A stretch of 58,517 nucleotides of DNA, the filler included, from Asterionella formosa (lineage: Eukaryota), in assembly GCA_002256025.1 (NCBI GenBank). It is 7 parts of 7 records of this genome, joined end to end, with 100 filler letters (N's around TTAATTAATTAA, not from the genome) between each part and the next. Parts side by side here need not be neighbours in the genome. Positions count along the whole stretch, not along the records: positions 1 to 8,291 come from NKIB01012285.1; positions 8,392 to 16,673 come from NKIB01012286.1; 5 more parts are not named here. One strand, written 5' to 3'. Position numbers and translations under genes: made by a program. The notes beneath the pieces are model-generated. The model saw only the letters and a program-made list of their open reading frames with translations. It did no database searches and had not been told where the DNA came from. This document shows, one piece after another, positions 1 to 12,395 of the stretch; within the stretch, counting starts at the first letter, position 1, and every line of letters begins with the position of its first letter.

Positions 1-250
1 TAGTTACTTGAATGTATCTATATATTATCTGAAAAAATCACGTTAATTATTTGATCAGAGTAGTATCAAGCATGCATTCCTGATCATCACTATATTACGT
101 GATCACCTTCACATAATTATTTGAAATACTTCAATTAATTCTGTAATTTAGTTCACATTCCCTTATAATTTTGTTCACGTAATTCTATAATATAGTTCAC
201 ATAATGTATTAAATTTGTTTATGTAATTCTGTAATTTTGTTCACGTAAAT
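1..250. repeat. Dispersed AT-rich repeat family copy followed by a degenerate ~22-bp tandem array
   Basis: 1-133 closely matches 50021-50146 (TATCTATATATTATCTGAA...CATGCATTCCTGATCATCACTATATTA...TTGAAATACTTCA). 137-250 has ~22-bp units like AATTCTGTAATTTTGTTCACGT. Confidence 0.75.
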
Positions 251-1641
251 TTAAAAGTACTATCAAATATGTTGAAAACTAATTCAACTACCCGTATTTC
301 ACATTACATGGGAAACAAATCTCGATATGCAATCAAACAAAGCAGTTCTTTCAGAATGGCATCTTCAGTGTCTATAAGGACAATGCAAGACTAACAGAAG
401 CCGTTCATTCTGAAAGAAAAAATTATTCATTCTTGAACAGGCATCATGGTGCGAAATTGCAACAGGAATGCATTACACTGACTTCCTTCTTGTCCTTGAA
501 ATGACTTCTTCATTGACCTGCAAGGATTTACATAACACAGTGTGTCAGTAATTCATTTAATAGAACTCCTAGCAACAGCAGAAAGCAACACACGCATGTG
601 CTATTCAACTGTTTCACGAAGCAGTCCAATTGACAGCAAGACACCGGCATTAGCCACCAGGCAGCACCGCAACTCACTGATGCATTCAAAATAATGCTCC
701 TGTTGTGAAATGGACGGCTAAAATGGAAAATAAATGTAGAGATCAATAACAAAAGCGTGTGATTTATCGCTCGCTTTGCTGATGTGATGACAAAAACTGA
801 GGATTAAGCTTACCTTAGTAAAATCTTCTATTGCGGGTCTTCATATTGCATCATTTCACCTTCTATCACTCCTGCTTTCAAAAAACACTCCTTTTCTGAA
901 AAGGCCTGTTCAAATGTCAAATGAATGTTGAGAACAGCACCATATCATTATGAATTATCAATCGCTTGGTGATATGATAGCAAAAAAGCAAGAACAAAAA
1001 TTACCTTAAAAGCACCCATGGTGGACGATCTCAATGTTGCATCATTCCACCTTTTGTTGGTGCAACAAACCATACTATGTGAGCTGGCTGATAAAAGATT
1101 TGTTTATAGTGAGGCAGCTGAAAATCTGGAAGGGGGATGCTTTTTATAAGGGTCGTCCCCATGTTGAAAATAAATTGTTCACAGTGGTGTTGAATGTTGG
1201 CGTTTTTATGAATTCAGAGGGTCAAAAATCCTGTCGCAGCCATGACTTCATCTTTGTACCAACAGAACCTACAATCTACACGAAAAAATCTGGCGCAGTC
1301 TTGTTAAAAATTTCGCCGGGAAAAATTTCTGAGGCTACAAGTGTGACTTGAACAAATGTGACAAGAGGGAGAGGACACAGCCAATATTTACTCCTAATTG
1401 CATATGCACTGGATGAGCTACCATTAGCCTCGTCTTACTATAGTAAAAAAATACGCCTAGAATTCTATTGAAAACAATCAACTGATGAGTTATCCAATCC
1501 ACTTGCATGATGAAATTTAAATCTGTTGTGTCTTCCTCAATTCTGTGTGATTTGTACATTCAGTGCATTGTAGCAACTGCATGGCAAACCATCGGTCCCA
1601 TGCTTGTTCCGCCTAAAAATAGCTCTTGGATCCCTCAAGTG

Positions 1642-2050
1642 TCATTGACTCCATTGACGATTTTTCCTTCTCATTTCATCTTCTAGAATGGCTTCTGTTA
1701 CTGATTTCACTCCATCTGGCCCTAATCGGTTTCCAATCAAATACAGTTTGGTCAAAGCGCACCCTCTCCTGATCCCATAAGACAACGCCATGGTGGCTCC
1801 TTCTTCCCGAATGTGATTCCCTGCCAAGTAGAGCATATGCAAGGCAGATCCAAACAAAGCACGTGCCTATGATCTAATCCCATCATTGCCAACTTGGTTG
1901 AATGCAAGATCCAACGATCCCAAAACGCGGTGTGTTGAAATCCCAACAGCCAACGTATTATAACTTACCTTCGTTGCCCAAGTTGTTGTAACCTGGTTTG
2001 AGAATGAAGATTTGAATTCTGCAGCAGGGCCACTTTGACTAATCGTGCGT
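1642..2050 (-). pseudogene. Degenerate ribonuclease-inhibitor-like LRR gene fragment
   Basis: LRR units in different frames: LGSLDLAFNQVGNDGI, LYLAGNHIREEGA, LTKLYLIGNRLGPDGVKSVTEAI. Frameshifts separate them. Boundaries approximate. Confidence 0.6.
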
Positions 2051-2599
2051 CCGATGACTGCAATACTCGCTGTGATAATCAATCTACCAATTGTGAGTAC
2101 AGATGGAGTATTTGAGGGAAAAAAGCTCCAAGGGGTAGGAACAACTGAGCCACGACACAGCGCAAGAAAACAACATGCACTTGGGGTGCTTGTACCAGTA
2201 ATTAACTTGGTTAGCTACTATCGTTGTTGCATGAGTGCTTCTGATAAGCGCTCTCTCGAATCTGCGATGCTTTGGCGTAGTGGTGCGACATAAATTTGCC
2301 AATTTGACATTGACAATGCGCACTTACTTCAGCCTACAGCGGCGATGTTTATGGTTGCGTCAATTTGGTGCATGTTGATGGCGAAAACTCTTTTCGCTGT
2401 CATTTCTTGGCCGATTCATACCTTCTCGGCATATGTACCACCATACGTTACTTGAGTTGTCTTTCGCAATGATTTATCCTCTAAAACAATTTTATCTTGA
2501 ACTTTTAAAATTTGTAGTTGTAACATCAACTAGTTTTGTCTTGGAAATCACTGTATGATTTTGAACCATCACATGAAAATCTCGAAGAGAAGTCTTGTT

Positions 2600-2899
2600 C
2601 ACTATAATAGTTCATATTATTTATGTGAAGTGCACAACTATAAACTGTAGATTGTCCATGCATGAAATAAGACACCACAAATATCCTTACTATTTCACAA
2701 ATAAAGATGCGTGTAGTAAATGAATTTGCCACAAGAGGAGGATATTAGATGAACTTTGAAATCAATTATTTGAAACATCAACAAATTCAGTCTTGAGTTC
2801 AAAGTTCATTGTGAAAAATTCACATGAAATCGTTAAAAGTAACCTTTCTACGGGAAGAGTGGCATTAATTCATGTGAAGTACCACGCAATTAACACTCA
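2600..2899 (-). repeat. Dispersed repeat, inverted copy of the family at 40985-41545
   Basis: Reverse complement reads TGAGTGTTAATT..GTGGTACTTCACATG..TTAATGCCACTCTTC...TGAAATAGTAAGGATATTTGTGGTGTCT, matching 41007-41170 and 41457-41484. Confidence 0.8.
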
Positions 2900-2947
2900 A
2901 ACTATTAATATCATTGTTAGAATTATTTTTATTATTATTATGATTAT

Positions 2948-2948
<1 letters not shown>

Positions 2949-3023
<75 letters not shown>
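2949..3023. repeat. (AGT)25 microsatellite
   Basis: Perfect trinucleotide run. It explains the spurious poly-Ser and poly-Leu ORFs. Confidence 0.95.
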
Positions 3024-3024
<1 letters not shown>

Positions 3025-3420
3025 CAAAAATGGGCAAGGGACTCACTCTATGGGGGTATTTGGTAAAGCATTGGAACAAGGCAGCAAAGAGTTCCGACAT
3101 CGATGACAACATGGTCCCAGGAAAATTATATGAGTTGTGGGTACCTTCAGCTATTTCAAATTTATAGATGGTTGTTCACAGATCATGGATACACAGAAAC
3201 GAAATTTTCCATAGCACAATCTGATCTTGATCAGCAAATTACACAATACTACCAGCATACGGACAAAATATGCAGATGGGATTCCCATCTTCTCAATCAT
3301 ACTACAGGATCTCCTTGACTCCCAACTGAACCGAAAAATCAGGTTTCTGGAAAGATCAAAATACTTATTTTACGCATCCAAAAAGCATTCACAAAAGGGA
3401 CAGGAATCTATATACACGTT
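3025..3420 (+). mobile_element. Degenerate 3' end of a non-LTR retrotransposon (Ambal/L1-like ORF2 tail)
   Basis: Broken peptides GxGLTLWGYLVKHW...LWV and DQQITQYY...WDSHLL resemble the Trp-rich C-terminal region of algal LINE ORF2. Stops and frameshifts present. Confidence 0.35.
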
Positions 3421-3826
3421 TTTCCCAAGCAATACAGTACAGGAGCAAGAACTCCGACACCAGCAATCCGTCAAAAATCTCGTGTGTGGCCTACAAGAAC
3501 CCACTACAAACAATCCACACTAAGAATCCAATTACCAAGCTGACATACACAACTCAGCAACATGGAAAGGAAAGACTGCAGCTACTGATTTTTTTCAATA
3601 CTCCTACTCAAGGGAGTGACCACCAACTCATATTCCACCGCCCCACCTCACTATGGGCAATGGAGCGCCATAATGTCAAATCTAGAAAAAGGCTAGGATA
3701 ACGGCACTATAAAATGATTGATATATAGTAGTAGTAGTACAAAGAGGCAATAGTAGCACTGGTAAGCACCCTCTCTTGCTCACCATGGATGGAGATGCAT
3801 ATTTACAGCTGCACCTTTAACTGAGT

Positions 3827-4090
3827 CCGTTTCCGTCGCACCGTACCTACAAAGTATACAACACACTAGAAGCAGATGAAAGAACCAAAGGAATTGACAA
3901 GAAACTCATGGACATAGACCAAAATAACCGAAATCTACCCAACAGCATCATTAAATTGAGTAAGGCTTTTGACAATGTCCAGGCATCTAAATCAGATCCA
4001 GACAGACCGTTTCGGTTGCACCGTACCTACGCAGGATACAACACGCTATGAGCAGATGAAAGAACTACAGGAATCGACAAGAAACTCATG
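3827..4090. repeat. Diverged direct repeat, ~84-bp unit at 180-bp spacing
   Basis: 3827-3910 CCGTTTCCGTCGCACCGTACCTAC...GACAAGAAACTCATGG versus 4007-4090 CCGTTTCGGTTGCACCGTACCTAC...GACAAGAAACTCATGG. Confidence 0.85.
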
Positions 4091-5723
4091 GTGACAGGCC
4101 AATGAAAACAAAGAAACCAACAGAGAAACAGAACCAAGGAGTGGGACGTAAAGAAAATCCTTTACTCAATTACCACTTGCAATATAATTCTCTGGCTGAC
4201 ATTAATAGTGCAGTCTATGAGAACCAATCCAAGAAGTTGCAGCCCCGCAGTTACACATCACGAGGTCTGTTTTTGTCCAAAATAATTTTATTATGTACTT
4301 CAATCGACTCAGTATGTACAACTAAAAAAATGGTTATAAAGGTAAAATTAGCTTTCACCAATATGACCACTTTGCATATGCTTAGATACAGTCATTCCTC
4401 GACTTAAGGGTATGATCTATATTCAGATATGTTAAGGACCTCATTTCAGGAGAGAAGTGGCAGTTATCCCTCTTGGAATCGTAACTATCCAAAAAATGGT
4501 TTAAAAAGGGGGCCATCAAGCTTTTTACAAAATCTACGAGGGATAACTGCCATTTCTCTGCAGAAGTTAAATCCTGACGTTATAGGGTACACGGCTATCT
4601 ATTTCATTCTTCATGAAACCCCGTAGATGTAGAGCAATCCTCCTCCAAAAAGTCGACCCAATCGGCTTTATCAACAGTCGCCAAAATATTGGAATCAGAA
4701 TTTGTACGTGCAAAAACGTTCTCGTATACTTATAGTCTTGCGTAGGTATGTTTCGCTGAATAATTCTCAGTCCGAAAAGACTCCAGGATAAGCTCCTGCA
4801 TCACTACACATATTCTGATTGGTTGAATTGAATTTATTCACCTGCTCTAGATTCGCTGAAGTATCCCGGTCTTTTAAAATCTCGCCAGCCACACTTAAAC
4901 CACACGTATTAGATGTACTGAATACTGGTTGGTAAAATCAGTATCGGTAGTTTCATCCTGTCTTCCATGATGATGAACCAAGATTATGTACCACCTGGTA
5001 CTCCGAGTACCGAACAAATACCGTTTCTCTAGGACTCCGGTACTGATTTACATACCGGTAACTACCTTTGTGCGTGGAGTGATATTGAAGCTACAAGCAG
5101 CAACGTACCGGTAGATTCAATATAAACGTATAAACAAGAGCCATGAGCATACATGTTGGCATACTCCTAATTTATTTATGTGTTATGGTTTTGAACAAAA
5201 TTATGTCTACATACAGCAATGTCGATATAGCATCAACGTTTAAAAATCATTTTTGTTTTTTTTAAATGGAACTCTATCAATCTGGCCCCGATTCCTATTC
5301 AATTCAAATATTCAAATGGACACTCGAATCATGGGAATTCATAGTAGGAAACTCCCTGTTCCACGCCGTTTCTACAACCCTAGCGATATTTTCTCCGAAC
5401 TAGGGTTAAGCAGGGGCCTCAACCTTAACCCTACTTACTACATATCCAAAATTTCACTGCCCTACCTTGTACGTATGGGACATTGATCAGCGCCACGACA
5501 ACAAACGTAGAAATAGACAAGAATACGGTATAAAAATGATTATCATTTAGTAGTAGTCGGAATAGTACATGCCGGTAGTCTACCGGTAGTATTATTATCA
5601 ATGGTTGCTATATTTACCGTAAGTATTGAAGATACCCTAATGTAGGTATCAGGTCCCCGGCTCCAGGTAGTCATCCAATGTTCCATTTTTACCGGTAGTC
5701 AACTCAAGAAGGAATGAACGAGC

Positions 5724-6878
5724 ATGAGAATGCAAGCATTGGGAACGGTTCATCGCTTAGTACTGCGACAGCGGCGAACTTTCGTTTCCAAATCTATTGA
5801 CGAGAATGAAGCGTTCGCGAATAAGATCGAATTGCTTTCATCGGAAGCAACACCAGTAAACTTAGTTTCAACAAACCTGGCGAACGGTATTTCAGCAGGA
5901 AATCCAATTGCAGCCCCAGCCGTGGTAAATCGACCCATTAATTCATCATCACAGGCAAAATCCTCTGGAGTTACGAAATGGGATCGATTGTATTCATCTT
6001 GGGCAGAATTGTCAGGGGAAGTCGAGTTGAGTCGCCTAAAGTCGGCAGTCGCGGACTGTTCTACTCAGTTCGACAATGCAGTTCGCTTGGTTTCCGCAAA
6101 GCGAATCGAAGTAGACGAAGCACACCGACTTCATGATGATGCACAGAAGAATTATTCTAAGCTTATGATGAAACGAGATCACTGGGATGCATCCGACGCT
6201 GCACTCTTCATCCAATTGACATCGGAGGAGGTTACTTGTAGACAGCAACTACAAAATGCACGTGAGAGCCTGCGAATGGCTGAAGATGGTGCGGGTCGCG
6301 ACCAACGGGATTACATGGATGCCATGAGACGAAGATATCACGAAGAGCAAATGTGGCAAGACAAATGGAGAGTTGCTGGAACATTTGGAACTTGGTCGCT
6401 GATTGGACTCAATACTATCATCTTTATGGGAGGGCAATACTTTCACATTCGACGAGAGAAAGGTAGACTTGAAGCTATAGAAGATCTGATCAACTCAAAG
6501 TTTCCTTCCGTGGCAGTAGCACCTATTGATAGTGGAACAGTCAAAGATATATCTACTGGTGTTGAATGCCCAGACCCAGAAGGTTTCGTCAGTGTCAGCA
6601 ATATCGATGAAATTGACGAACTCAAGAATGTTGATGCTAAATCCTCCTCCACAGAATTATCCGAAGACCTAAAAGAGCTGCAATCCTCGCCAAAAGCTGT
6701 GCAGAAAGTTCAGGTTTGGTTATCGTCTACCAAAAATGCATGCGCAATGCTGGTCAAGGAAATCGACTGGTCAGCTGCAACGAAGGCAACTGATGAGGTC
6801 CATTGGCCATCCGCTTTTGCAGGTGCAACCATTGCAACAACTGGATTCCTCTTAGCAATCATGTTAAGCAAAAAATGA
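5724..6878 (+). CDS. SHE9: She9/Mdm33-family mitochondrial inner-membrane protein
   Basis: 384-aa ORF with an Arg-rich mitochondrial-type N-terminus, a coiled coil, the family signature RRYHEEQMWQDKWRVAGTFGTWSLIGLN followed by a TM helix, and a second C-terminal TM helix. Confidence 0.88.
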   Translation: MRMQALGTVHRLVLRQRRTFVSKSIDENEAFANKIELLSSEATPVNLVSTNLANGISAGNPIAAPAVVNRPINSSSQAKSSGVTKWDRLYSSWAELSGEVELSRLKSAVADCSTQFDNAVRLVSAKRIEVDEAHRLHDDAQKNYSKLMMKRDHWDASDAALFIQLTSEEVTCRQQLQNARESLRMAEDGAGRDQRDYMDAMRRRYHEEQMWQDKWRVAGTFGTWSLIGLNTIIFMGGQYFHIRREKGRLEAIEDLINSKFPSVAVAPIDSGTVKDISTGVECPDPEGFVSVSNIDEIDELKNVDAKSSSTELSEDLKELQSSPKAVQKVQVWLSSTKNACAMLVKEIDWSAATKATDEVHWPSAFAGATIATTGFLLAIMLSKK

Positions 6879-8291
6879 TGTCCTTCACTTTCATTCATAA
6901 CTGTTACACGCTTTGTCTGAAGCACATCCCTGATGGAGTGAACATGTTCAGTAGGAAATGATGTTCTTCACTTTTGTCCACAACTGTTACATGCTTTATC
7001 TGAAGCACAGGTCTAAAAGAGTAAAGAACTGAATGCACATCCATTTAGTGTTATGCAGGAATACTTAAATCTCTACTTGCTAAGGGCTGTTCTTATCATT
7101 TTGTTAATGGCATCACTTCATTTGAAAAAGTATCATGCAATGGCTACTCAATTTGAACTGAAAATGCTCCTTTCTCCACATAAACTGTATCACATACTAT
7201 GTATCACAGTGTAACACAGTTTTTCCATCTGGTACCATGGGTAGCTACAGTGAAAAAAGGAGCAATTGGTGCAAATTATATTAGCAGTCGAATGATTATC
7301 AGTATATACAGAGTACCTGGTTATGGTATCATATACATGATATCTTGCCATGTATTGGGATCAATGTTCATACTGCCCATGGAAGTTAAATGCCTAATGA
7401 GCTCAAACTTGCTTTGACAAAATGATAGTTGCGCATACTTTTCAGGAAGTATAACGATAAAATGAGGAACAGGTTGACTTGAAAGAAAACTGGCAAATTG
7501 AAAGTCCAAGAAACATCCTGAAAGGCGGAATTTGCAATCATACAAGGAACCAATTTGCGGAGATTTCAAGCCATGCTACAATCAACTGAGCAGCAAGTAC
7601 AGGGGAAGCAACAAATGGGTATTTCAATGGACAGATGTAGTGATGGAGGTGTGGAAAATTGAGATTTGCAGATGGATTGTTGAAAGATCAATTTTTGGAA
7701 ATGCCATTACATGCAGATTGCCTAGAGATCAATCAGATTGTAAAAGTGACTCAAAACATATAAAAGTATCTAATCATTAATTCCTATCATTTGTAAAATG
7801 ATACCTGTTCATTAGTTCACCAACACAACCAAAAGCACCACCATTGTCAATCAGCTGGTTGATTTAACATTGCTAATGGTTTTCTTGTGCTATATTGTGC
7901 TTAAGGGGAATCTCAATGGCCAAGTTTTCCAAAATAGATAAGGAGTGACATAAAGTACTATAGGCATTTGTTGAGAGGGTTGACTAAAACTTTGTTGGTG
8001 AAACTTGAAGAAGTTTTACCTATAGGAAAAAGGGCTAAAACAAGACAAACATTTGACTATGGTGAGGGTTGCATGTGTGGTACTCAAACTAATATGGGTG
8101 GTGCTTTGATAGAACCACACCAGCAGCAAGTTGCGGTAATATTCCTTGAACGAACATTTTAATCTGGGATAAAGATAGCTAAATAATTAGTTTCAGCAAA
8201 ATTACCGCAACTTGCAGGTATCCTGATCCCCACCTGTAATAGTAGAAAACTTGATGTATTAATTCAGCTACACATGCAACATGTTGTGCTT

Positions 8292-8391
8292 NNNNNNNNN
8301 NNNNNNNNNNNNNNNNNNNNNNNNNNNNNNNNNNNTTAATTAATTAANNNNNNNNNNNNNNNNNNNNNNNNNNNNNNNNNNNNNNNNNNNN
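8292..8391. other. Artificial scaffold linker
   Basis: N44-TTAATTAATTAA-N44 (stop codons in all six frames). Confidence 0.97.
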
Positions 8392-8751
8392 ACGATGTAC
8401 AGTTTTAGAAAGGAAGTAATCTACTGACAACGACAGCCCTGAAAAATTTATTACAATACATTTAGTTACGATTTTCCCCAATTTCGACCGCAACATGATT
8501 CGAGTAAGCACCGGTAAGTGGTAAATCTATACGCAGGTCATGGCACATCCTGGTACCAGGTAGTACCTGGTACCAGGTTTACGTAAACGTGCTGTACAAG
8601 GTCCCGGTATATAATTTGTACCTCATGGTAAAAATTATATACCGGTATATATATAAGAAATTCTTACACTTACAATATTATGGCTACATTAATCGAGGAG
8701 TCATTTTCGTACATGATCTGATACTCGATAACCGCTGCCTCACAATTCTTT

Positions 8752-9155
8752 TGATTTCAAACTGAAACTGAATCTGACACTGAAACGGAAAAGGAAACGG
8801 AAACTTTCCAGGGTTTATATGAATTGAATGATCCTTCTAAGATTGGCAGGCCCACCCAGTAGGGGTGAGGTCGGGGGTTCGATACTGTCGAATGCCCCGA
8901 ACTGTATCACGGACTCATAGGTAGGGATCAGGGCTGCAAAGGCACGATTTCCTTCTCTGCACCAAGCACGGGAGATAGGGACATATAATGTCCCCCACCA
9001 CCTAATGATAATCCGGCATGATGACAACCAGGTAGAATAGGGACCGTCAGTAGAAACGGTGTACTCCTTTGAGCGGTACAAGAAGCAAAAGCTCCTGCTA
9101 GCAAGAGACGATACGGGAAGCGTGCAAAACTTCCCCCCCTACTTAGGATTGCTCA
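8752..9155 (-). mobile_element. Probable solo LTR (Gypsy-like)
   Basis: On the minus strand it starts TGAGCAATCCT, the same 11 nt as the Gypsy LTR at 46677, and can end ...AATCA. Flanks TCTTT and TGTTT are a 4/5 target-site match. Internal TATAAA. GC-rich island in AT-rich DNA. Confidence 0.5.
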
Positions 9156-11618
9156 TGTTTAAATTCTTTTGTTACGAGATACGTCATACATGATAGTATA
9201 GTATAGTTTACTGACTGGTATGATGTTGTAATTCTTCTTTTTATCATTCCACTTGTTTCCATGATTGTTTTTTATTTTTTATTGCTTCCACGGAATTACG
9301 ATCGTTCAACAACAATGGACACACTGCCTCTTTAATTGCGATTTGAGATTGCAATTGGGTTGACGATGAAGATTTCGTTTGCTGACATACACAACAAGGC
9401 AAACATGATGGCTCAAGCAAAACGATAATGATAATTCGCCTTCGCTCTAGTTTTGAAGTCTCTGTAAAACGCTTGCTTTGATTTCCTTATCTAGTTCTTT
9501 TCCTCTCCCACCTTTCGGACTCAGCATCATCAAAAGGGTTCTTGGCCGGAACCATTTTTTCTAATTTCCGTCTTGCTTCTAGCTTTGCTCCTCCTATCTC
9601 TTTTCTTTTTTCCACATCGGTTGTCAGGGTGCATGTCAGCTGTACGTATGCCTGCAAGCCAGTAGAGATTATGTTGTTGTGGGAAGCAATTATCGTGTCC
9701 AGTTGTTCAGTCATTTGTACTTCTCTACCAGCTGGTGATATGGAAATTTCTCAGGAACATATTCAGGAAGCAGATCAATTTGACATTGCGAATTGCTACT
9801 TGAACACAAGTAAACTCTAATGGCATTCAAACCATTCAATTCGCTAACACAAGCATCCGTAAAAGTTGATTCTCTTCCTATGCATCTCCATGATACTAAA
9901 TGTTTATGCTTTTGATCATCAATTAATAGCGTCGATGAGATCATTTAGGTCTTCTGTTTCTTTACTCTACATTGTATTCTTGCATCAGCATGAAAAGAAA
10001 TCAATCCAATTACATTCCTCTGTGAGCGAGCGACAAAACCTTGCTAAATTTTTTAATTTCGACTCGATATTGTTTCCTCTGATGGATTAAAAAACTTTCC
10101 ATTTCAAAAATATCCTTTTGCGGAAGTGGAACAACAAAATTACCATGATCACCACGACCTTTCTAATAAAAAACATTTCAACATTTTTAAAATCACGTTC
10201 CAACATTTTCATCGTTTGTATGAAAGCAAATTCAAGCAATCGCATCTGGCTGTGCATCGAGACATGAGAATAAAAACATATCAATTCCCATCTGCGCATC
10301 CAATCAAATAATAAGGATGGTGTGTCAAGGGTAAGGCAATTAGCGTGGGCATAAATTTTCAGTGATTGTTCACTCATGGACAGTACAATGGACGAAAAGG
10401 GAGGGAATCGTGCCACAGTCGGGAAACTTGTTGTTCCAAATCAAGACACTGGGACAGGGGTCCCTGTCGAATGTTCAGTACCATTTCACAAAAAGGAACT
10501 TGGACTAAAAATATTGCCACCGTGTGGCCCCATTGGTTCCGTACTGATACACCATGTATGTGGCATGCATTGTCGCCAAATCAAAAAAGGCAATCCATTG
10601 GATTCCCCCCAAGGATCGGAAAGCTACGGTTTGTTTGTTGGTCTCATTTGGTGTAGCCAAATCATTATCAAACATCATACCTGCCAGATCACCTAAACTC
10701 AGTTTGAATAGTAATTGACGTGTCATAGTAAATTTTGTACAATCACTTGTCGTTGGGTCGATCATGGTTTGCTTGGCTGGTTCTGACTGATGTGGTGATT
10801 GTGGGTCAAGTTCGTAAATGTTTCATGCGAGTAATGGTACTGCTACTGCTACTGATTGTAGTATCAGTAGTTGCAACAGAGGATGGAATGGATATATAGA
10901 GGGATTGTTGAAGCACTCGTGTGATGACTATGGCTGGATTGAGGGGCGATGTACCGGTAGTTGTAGGTTGAATGCTCGACTAGTGCATAGTGAAGTCATC
11001 GATTAGTCTGTTTTCCAAGTAAAAGATATCCATGATCCCTACCCTCAGATCCTCTTCGAAAAAATTAATCAATCTCCCTCTTAACCATGATACGTGTGAA
11101 TGATTCTATCAAGCGCAATTGGGGGTCGACTATTCGACGAAAAAAACAATGGTCGCCATGGTCGGTGTTACAATACTTGTTTTGTAACCAATGTGATAAA
11201 AATATTTTATGTAGGGGTTTAGGGTTAGGGATCGATTCCTGGTTTATCGAAGCCACAGTGATGTGCTGACCGCACAATATCAGCCACCTCCGTGGCCACA
11301 CAAGACGACGCACGTTAACCAAATGATACCTGTAGGTGCCACCGCCCTGCGCGGCTGCGAACATCTCGATAATTCGTCCTTCTTCTTGCCGTCGGCAATT
11401 TTAACAATTTTATGTTGACGATAGGAATATGTGAGTATAATGAGCAGACAGCTATGTACTGTATGGCACATCAATTTGTACGAGGTAGACAACTGTCAAT
11501 CCTTCCTTCCTTCCTTTTATAATTATCATCATCATCACCATCAACAACATAAATAATATATATATATACAATCATAGCCACATTATTCTCACAGACTCGC
11601 ATCATTACAGCAAACAGA

Positions 11619-12395
11619 ATGACCATCATCAAGGCTGACACCGTCATGTTCGGCTTTCTCCTCGTCCTGGCCATATCGTCGTTAACATGCGTCCAAGCCT
11701 TTGTCGTCCGACCGACCAACACAATACGTGCAAGCACTTGTGTTACAGCACCTCCTTCCAGGTTGCTTCGCAGCATTCGCAGTAGCAGCCATCATCAGTT
11801 ATTTGCACCTCGAACAAGTGCCACTACTGCAATAACTCAGCTACGTTTGACAGACATCCCCATGAGTAGTACACCATCTGCACCTCAAGAACAACAACAA
11901 AACGTCATTGTCAAAGTTTGGCTCGTCCTGAAGAAAACATTGACTGAATTTACAACTGGATACATGGGTGGGTACTTCATTTCGGCTCTATGGGGAATCA
12001 TTAAAGGAGGAATGATTGATCCAGCCCGATGTGCGAGGTGGGGTATGATGTTTGCTCCCATTAGTGCCATTTATGGTGGGTGTGATGCTGTGGCCAAGCT
12101 ATTCTTTGGGCTGACGGAACAAAGTCTCTGGAATGCAGTTATCAAGAGTTCTGTTACTGGAATTTATTTGGGACGCATGGGTGGGGTTGTGGGCATGATC
12201 AAGGGTGGAGCCCTTTATGGTACCATGACTTACTTTTTAACAAAACAAAGGGCCAACCAGCAGATCGAGCAAGCAGCAGCTGCTGCTGCAGCTGACATTA
12301 TGAATGACAAGCGACCATCAGCACTCAATCAGGGGCCTGCTCCAGCTTTGGATGTTGACTTTGAAGTTATCCAAGATAAGGATATTGACGCATGA
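11619..12395 (+). CDS. Tim17/Tim22/Tim23 (PRAT)-family membrane protein with bipartite plastid-type presequence
   Basis: Signal peptide ending CVQA|F, then a Ser/Thr/Arg-rich transit region, then four Gly-rich helices (GYMGGYF, WGMMFAPISAIYGG, WNAVIKSSVTGIYLG, GMIKGGALYG) typical of the Tim17 fold. Confidence 0.65.
   Translation: MTIIKADTVMFGFLLVLAISSLTCVQAFVVRPTNTIRASTCVTAPPSRLLRSIRSSSHHQLFAPRTSATTAITQLRLTDIPMSSTPSAPQEQQQNVIVKVWLVLKKTLTEFTTGYMGGYFISALWGIIKGGMIDPARCARWGMMFAPISAIYGGCDAVAKLFFGLTEQSLWNAVIKSSVTGIYLGRMGGVVGMIKGGALYGTMTYFLTKQRANQQIEQAAAAAAADIMNDKRPSALNQGPAPALDVDFEVIQDKDIDA

Noticed and set aside
2793..3167. Poly-Ser and poly-Leu ORFs
   Set aside because: Products of the (AGT)25 microsatellite.
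8336..8347. TTAATTAATTAA as a biological palindrome or piggyBac TTAA site
   Set aside because: Identical, centred in fixed 44-N pads six times; synthetic.
9487..10765. Cluster of short ORFs with coding-like composition
   Set aside because: No recognisable motif or consistent frame. Possibly a decayed gene or transposon, but unsupported.
11214..11230. Telomere-like GGGTTTAGGGTTAGGG (also AACCTTAACCCTA near 5421-5433)
   Set aside because: Only two or three units, internal, no array.
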